Below are positions 49,993 to 58,100 of a stretch of DNA of 64,000 nt, piece after piece. The stretch spans positions 61,814,001 to 61,878,000 of the forward strand of contig NC_043009.1 of assembly GCF_006345805.1 (NCBI RefSeq). The letters are read 5' to 3'. Under the pieces are notes generated by a model. The model was not told the DNA's origin. It searched no databases and saw only the letters and a program-made list of their open reading frames with translations. Each line of letters opens with the position of its first letter. Positions within the stretch are counted from its first letter, which is position 1. Origin of the DNA: Octopus sinensis. Its lineage: Eukaryota. The translations under genes were made by a program, and so were the position numbers.

Positions 49993-52900
49993 TATAATGT
50001 ATATACGTGTGTGTATATTATCATCACCATCACTTCAAACTCTACTTTTCCATGCTTTCATGGGTCAACTGGAATTGGTTAAGCCATTTTTTCTACAGCC
50101 AGGTGCTCTCCCCATCACCAACCTTCGCCTGTTTCTAAGCAAAGTAACATTTCCCCTGGTTGGATATGTTTTCACAGAAGATTTGATATTTTCTTGTATG
50201 ATGGTAGTGCTTGTTTTACAACTATCACATGGCATCAAGACAACACTCAGATATGCATGTGCATGCATGCACACACAGTTGCCAGTATACACAACAGGCT
50301 TGTTACATTTTTCATCTATCAAATCCATTTACATAATTTGGATTAATCTGAGTCTATTTTGGAAGAGAGTTGCCCAAAGTGCCTGGCAGTGGAGCTGAAC
50401 CTGAAACCATGTAGTTGGGAAGTGAACTTCTCAACCTCTCTCAGGTATGCCTGTGCCTCTACACACACGCACACACATTGTGTAGTGTGTGTATGTGAGT
50501 TATATGTATATAGGTGCAGGTGTGGCTGTGTGGTAAGAAGCTTGCTTCCCAACCTCATGTTTCTGGGTTCAGTCCCACAGTGTGACACCATGAGTAAGTG
50601 TCTTCTACTATAGCTTCAGGTCAACCAAATCCTTGTGAGTGGATTTGGCAGATGGAAACTGAAAGAAGCCCATCTTAGATGTGCATAGACTGTGTGTGTC
50701 TTCCTATCATCTCCTGACAACCACTGTTGGTGTGTTTATGTCCCTGTAACTTTTGGCAAAGTTCAGCAAAGAGACTGATAGAATGACTAGGCTTTAAAAT
50801 AAACCCTAGTGTTGAATTGTTTGACAGAATCACTTCATGAAGGTGCTCCAGCATGGCTGCAGTCAAATGACTGAAACAAGTAATATAAAAAAAATGTGTG
50901 TGTGTGTACAAGTAAATACAAATATCACACCAAGGACCACCCCCAAAATCAGATCTGTAGTTTAAATTGGATTTGGTACTTGCATATCTACAATATCCTA
51001 CTGACAGTTGATGTCTTCAATTCTGTTTACCTCAGTGAGTCCTAGATTATTCTACCTAGCCATTTCTGGCATCCTACATGGTGATTTTAATGAATCCTTA
51101 TAACTAAATCATATATATATATGTGTGTGTGTGTGTATATATATTATAATAAAAGGTAAAAATCATTAATGATTTTACCAAGGGGTCAGTACAGAAATAA
51201 AAAGCCTATAGCAGAAGATTCTTATCCAAGGTACTGCACAGTGGGACTGAACCCAAAACCACATGGTTGGAAAGCAGGCTTCTTAACCATACAGACATGC
51301 CTGTGCCTATATATATTTATATATACACACATAAATGTATATATTTATGCATAGTATATGCATATTTGCATAGTGTAGATCAGAAGAAATGAATTAAATT
51401 TAAATAGAATAAATCTCTCTTTGGGTTTCCCATGCTTGCATGGATCTGATGGAATTTGTTGAAGTAGAGGTTCTACAGCTACATACCCTACTTGTTACCA
51501 ACCCTCACCTGCTTCTAAGCAAAGTGATATTCCGCCATGTCTTAGGATGCTTGAATGGAAGATTGCAAACGAAGGATTTTGCTTTTATGGCAGTGGTGCT
51601 CATTTACAATAGAGATGCATGTGCTACTGGATTTATTTCAGGAATTCACACACACACACACACACACGTGTGTGTGTGTGTGTGTATGATAGGAAATCTA
51701 AATTTTTGTTAGCTACATACAATAACTTAAGAGTAGCTGCTTACATGTCTGTACCAAGAAAATGATTGTGGTAGAAATCTCTGAAGTCAAACACTCAAGC
51801 CTTTGACAAGATTTTAATGAACTCCATATGAAAGTCATTCTGTCATCTATTTTCTTCTATTCTTCTAAGAAAGTAACTGAAGCAGCACTCTCTCTCTCTC
51901 TCTCTCAGCTGCTAGATTATATATCTAGGTTATACGAGTTTAATATAAACTGTTATTTTGTAATCCTCCACCCTTCCTGTCAGCTCCACCACTCAGTTTT
52001 GAATCTATCATTTAATCATTTCTCTCCTGCTACAGGATCTGAGACTTTGTCGAAATACTGTGTTGGAAGTTGGTATTAACTTTTCTCAGCATTGGTTTCC
52101 AAAATCTATCTATCAAGTTTTGTAATTTGCTTATTTCATAAGCACCAATATAGGAACAAGGATCAAACAGCCATAAACTGCGAATTTTCATCTCGCCATA
52201 GCGGAAGCACAACCAACAGAATGTACGAGAAGGGGTAACAACCTCAACCGTGATCCTGTAGCAATAGAATCAATTGCATATCTCCATTTGTTTTAATTGC
52301 AATGCATATAAGAAAAAAACGGACAATTCTACATAAAACTCGTACATGCCACGTGACTGGCAGTTTTTAATTATTTGAATGAAATATACAGCATCTGTTA
52401 TATATTCATTAGGTGTTCAATACATCATCATCATCATCGTTTAACATCCGCTTTCCATGCTAGCATGGGTTGGACGATTTGACTGAGGGCTGGTGAACCA
52501 GATGGCTGCACCAGGCTTCAATCTTGATCTGGCAGAGTTTCTACAGCTGGATGCCCTTCCTAATGCCAACCATTCCGAGAGTGTAGTGGGTGCTTTTACA
52601 TGCCACTGGCACAGGGGCCAGTCAGGCGGTACTGGCAACGACCTTGCTCGAATCTTTTTACACATGCCACCGGCACAGGTGCCAGTAAGGTGATGCTGGT
52701 AATGATCATGCTCGAAATGGTGCCTTTTACGTACCACTGGCATGGAGACCAGTTAGCTGCTCTGGCAACGATCACACTCGGATGGTGCTCTTAGCACCCT
52801 ACTAGCACGGGGCTCAAGAGCCAGTAAGGTGACACTGATGACACTATATTGAACATTCTCCTCTTAGGAAAATGAAACAAACATCATTTGAGTCTGCAAT

Positions 52901-53972
52901 GGAATCCCTTTGAAGTCACTCCACTGGCAAAACTTAGCAATCAGATCAGCTTCAAGAGGTTACCCCCTTTAACTCTAGCATTTAAATTAGCCATATCTAG
53001 CCCAAATACTCTACTTGCTTTATGTTCAAACTGGCCAGATTCAGCCTCTCACACCCACCCTACAATGTCATTCTAAAAATAAAGTGTCACATCATCAAAG
53101 CCTCAAAGCTACGACATCATTCACAATGATGTGAATACACAAGCATTTCATTTAATAGAATAATCTGAATGCTAAAGGATCAGAGCCTTACATATCTGCT
53201 GGATAAGGGCTGACCGATAAGGGCTGAGTAGGGTTCAGTACTACAAATGAATATTGAATGAGATTCTTTCTTTCGTTTTTTACTTTCTCTTTCCTTGTTA
53301 TCTTTCTTTCTCTCCTTCCTCTTTTAGAAACTCATTAAGTCTTTGATTAAAAGCTAAGAAATCTTTTCCCTCCTACCATATCTCATCTGTAGGACTGTTT
53401 CTCATTTTGAATAATTAAGACCTCAGATTTTTTCACTTCTAGTCCAAAAGTCAAATACAGCACTCCATTGACTGACTTTCTGCTGCTCCTCAAAGTACAG
53501 GCTGTGTGGTGAGAAGCTTGCTTCCCAACCACATGCTTCCAGGCTCAGTCCCACTGTGTGACAACTTTGGCAAGTGTCTTCTACTATAGTCATGGGCCAA
53601 CCAAAGCCTTGCGGGTGGATTTGATAGATGGAAACTGAAAGAAGCCATTGTATATATATATATATATATATCATCATCATCATTTAGCGTCCGCTTTCCA
53701 TGCTAGCATGGGTTGGACGGGTCAACTGGGGTCTGTGAAGCTGGAAGGCTTCGTCAGGCCCAGTCAGATCTGGCAGTGTTTCTACGGCTGGATGCCCTTC
53801 CTAACGCCAACCACTCCGCGAGTGTAGTGGGTGTTTTTTTTTACGTGCCACCTGCACAGGTGCCAGACAGAGCTGGCGAACGGCCACGAACGGACGGTGC
53901 TTTAACGTGTCACCGGCACGGGGGCCAGCCGAGGCGAACGGATGGTGCTTTTACGTGCCACCGACACGGTTG

Positions 53973-54065
<93 letters not shown>

Positions 54066-55164
54066 TGTCCCCCACCATCACTTGACAACCGATGTTGATG
54101 TGGTTACATCTCTGTAACTTAGCAGTTCAGCAAAAGAGACTAATAGAATAAGTACCAGGCTTACAAAGAATAGGTCCTGGGGTTGATTTCTTCAACTAAA
54201 ACCCCTTAAGGAAGTGCTCCAGCATGGCCACAGTCAAATGACTGGAAGAAGTAAAATAATAAAAGAATACACACACACACACACACACATATATATGTGT
54301 ATGCATGTGGTCTTTTTGTCTCATGACTACAGTGTAGGTGTATATATATATATATGTATATGGTCTCTGTTTGACGACAGTTACTGTGTGTAGGTGTATG
54401 TATATGGTTTCACTCTCTCTGGCAGCTACTGTATGTAGGTGTGTGTACGTATGCATACAAGCATACTCCTCATTGCCCCCCCCCCAATCTCTCTGAGCTA
54501 CTCTGTGTGTGTGTGTGTTCAAGTATGTATGTGTTCTTTACCGCATATCTTCCCCTCCTCCTGTTTGTTGGTCTCTCTGTTTCATGTAAGCCATCCCTTT
54601 TCTAGCCTTTACAATTTACATGTGTGTGGAAATGCTCCATAGAAGCAGTAAGTCAGTCAGAAAGTCTACTACTGCCAGTACCACAACACGCTACCGCCTA
54701 TACTACTATCATCAACACACTATTCCTGCAACTATTACTACCATCATACTACCATCACCACCACCACCACCACCACCACTACTATCATCACGTGTTTCGT
54801 TACCATCACTACTGCCACCATTATACCAATATTACCACCACCACCACTACAACAACAATAATAATACTATCACCATCATTACCACCACTACCAATACTAC
54901 TTACTGTGAGCAAACTGGTCAGTTTTCAACCTGTTCTTGGAATCAACTTGTATCTTAATATTTTGACCATTCTATTTTCCTCCATCTCATTGCTACTCCC
55001 CTCCCACACTTCACTGCTACCATGCACCTCACCTCCTGCTACCACAACATAACCCATCATCTAACTGTTACCTTACATCCCACTTCACTATCATCCCTCC
55101 CCACTCCACTGCTACCTTATAACACACTCCTACCTCACTATACCTCACATATCCACAGTGTATG

Positions 55165-55198
<34 letters not shown>

Positions 55199-58100
55199 TT
55201 TTATATGTATCAGCCTTGAGGCTGTGGCCATGCTGGGGTACTGCCAGTGTGTATGTTACCAGGGCATATACGTACTCCATAAAGTACATCGTAATTAGTC
55301 TTCTTGAGGTATTTTTCACCAAAGTGCGCAACAAATGTTCATATACTCCAGCATGGCCACAGTCATATGACTGAAACAAGTAAAAGAACAAAAGAGTGAA
55401 TTATTTAAAGCTGTGACACTCAGGCTGTACAGTGGAGGAATAAACAGAAACAGTTAACTTCTGACACTTAATACATAGGAAGTAGACGTGATCTTAAGCA
55501 AGTTTTTCACTACATAATGTTCTGTTTTGAGAAGTTTATCTCTCATTGGGCTGTGTATAAATCATAGAAACTATATGATCAACTATATGAAGGTGTCGAG
55601 CTGGCAGAATCGTTAGCACGCCAGGCGAAATGCTTTGCGGTATTTCGTCCGCCGCTGCGTTCTGAGTTCAAATTCCGCCGAGGTCGACTTTGCCTTTCAT
55701 CCATTCGGGGTCGATAAATTAAGGACCAGTTACACACTGGGGTCGATGTAATCGACTTAATCCCTTTGTCTGTCCTTGTTTGTCCCCTCTATGTTTAGCT
55801 TCTTGTGGGCAATAAAGAAATAAGAAACTATATGATCAGCAGTTAGTAATGTAGATAAATGTACTGAAAAACAGGTTCATTTTCATAGGAAACTGAAGCT
55901 TAAAGATCTTGCCAAAGGTGATAGGTTTACAAGACCAAGACTGATTGGTTTGATTTGTCCAACTTGAATGTAGAAAAGATAAAATAAAGTCTACATAAAA
56001 CTGTTGGAACTTTTGCAAACCTTCACCTACTGATCAGCAATCTTTCTCGATTTTTAAAATAGAACCTGTGATGAGCCACATGGATCAGTGAAGAAGTTTC
56101 CATGTAATTATTCAAGCTGTTTAATGTAGCAAATGAATATCTATGAAGAAACTATCTATAATCTTTAAAGTGGAAACCACATGCTTTTAAGATGTCCACC
56201 TCAGGCAGGGCTAGTTACTGATGGCCCCAAAATGGTCATGCCTATAGAGTTTAACTCTAATAGGCAAAGGATTAACATGCTGTCCCTTATCTGAAAGTCC
56301 TTCAGACCAAATAGACTGCTTAGAATATTCTCTTTGATACCCAGAAGCACTCATAGGCCTTTGTTGCTTACATCTCTATTATCTCTCTTTGTAATGTGAG
56401 GGTTGATGTTCCACCTCTCATTTTATCTATCAAGAAGAGAGCAGTGAGTACATGGCAACATTATTCCAGATACCAAATGTCAAAGGTTGATTTGCATTTG
56501 GCCCAAAGCTGCTGTTTGGTCAAACAGGGAAGTTGTAGAAAGATGTGTGCATGAATGGCCACTACACCTGTTATTGTTGACATCATTTAAGAATCTCTGT
56601 AAACGTGTCACCTTCAGACTGTCCCTGTATATCATCTACCATAGCATCTTGAGACTCTTCATGGTGAGGTTGGTTGCAGTTGATTGACTCTATTACGAGT
56701 GGAACCTTTTCTTCCACAAAAAACGAAAGTGCATGCATTCCAGTCTAGTCAGAGGTTTCCTGAGACACCCTGCTTATAACATCTTCCTTGTCCTTATCAG
56801 CTTCCCAGTTTTTATTCATCTAGAAATGGTTCAAACCAGATGTCCAAGCACCTTAGCCAGGCTCTTGCTTTAGTGACAGAAGCCATTGTCTCTCTAGCTG
56901 CCTATTTTTAGAAGCTGGGAAGTTGGTTATAGTGTATTATACTACTGTTTTATTGGGTGTTGGTGTATAGGAGTGTAGGAGTGTTGTAAAGAGCTGGGAA
57001 CCATAGAGTGTGCTCTACTATGTTACCGACAGAATTATAGAGTAGACCCTTCTTAAGGCGGCGAGCTGGCAGAAATGTTAGCACGCCGGGTGAAATTTTT
57101 AGCGGTATTTCATCTGTCGTTATGCTCTGAGTTCAAATTCCACCGAGGTTGACTTTACCTTTCATCCTTTCAGGGTCGATTAAATAAGTACCAGTTACGC
57201 ACTGGGGTCGATATAATCGACTTAATCCGTTTGTCCGTCCTTGTTTGTCCTCTCTATGTTTAGCCCCTTGTGGGCAGTAAAGAAATATATAGAGTATACC
57301 CTTCTATGATCTGAAGAGTTACAGAGTATCTGATACTATGAACCAGCAGGGGTGATGCTGGAGGAGTGATAGCATGTACTCTACTATGATTCTGAAGAAT
57401 ACAACAGAGAGCACTTTAGATTGGCAAGGTTATAGAGTGTATTCTAGCATGATAGAGTAGAGTGATACTCTTCTCTATCACCCTACTTTGATGCGATACT
57501 GGAGTGTGTTATAAAGAGTACTTTACTATGATACCAGAGGGGTGATAGCCTATTCTGGTCTGTTATGATGCTGAATGATTCTAATGATATTTCTTGTGTA
57601 GACAGATCCCTGTGAGATGTTGGGTGGGCTTCAATGGATTAATTGACTGGGAGTGATTTAGTGGGGGTTGTTTGATGTCAGCACAGCCAGATCAAGTCCA
57701 TATGTTTACCTCTACTCACCCAATGCAACAATGGGTGTTTCCTTCTCTTGTGTTTGATCTTCTGCCAAACAGGGATGACTGTTTTCTCAAACTATTTTCA
57801 TTTTTACCACTTTAAATAGTTTCTCAAAGAAAGATTACATCAGCCAGCTTTACTCTGCATAGTTGCGTTTATATTTGTTTTGGCTGGCACACATACACAC
57901 ATAATATACGTACATATATATACATATACACATTCATTATGTTCATAAATGCACACACACATATACACATGTACATGTACACACATATACTGCATATACA
58001 TCCTTTTTCCATATAGATATCTAAGAATACTTGGTGCACACACTGTTGATGGAAGTCTGAAAAATATGCATGTGTGTGTGTGTGTGTTATAAAGTAATAA

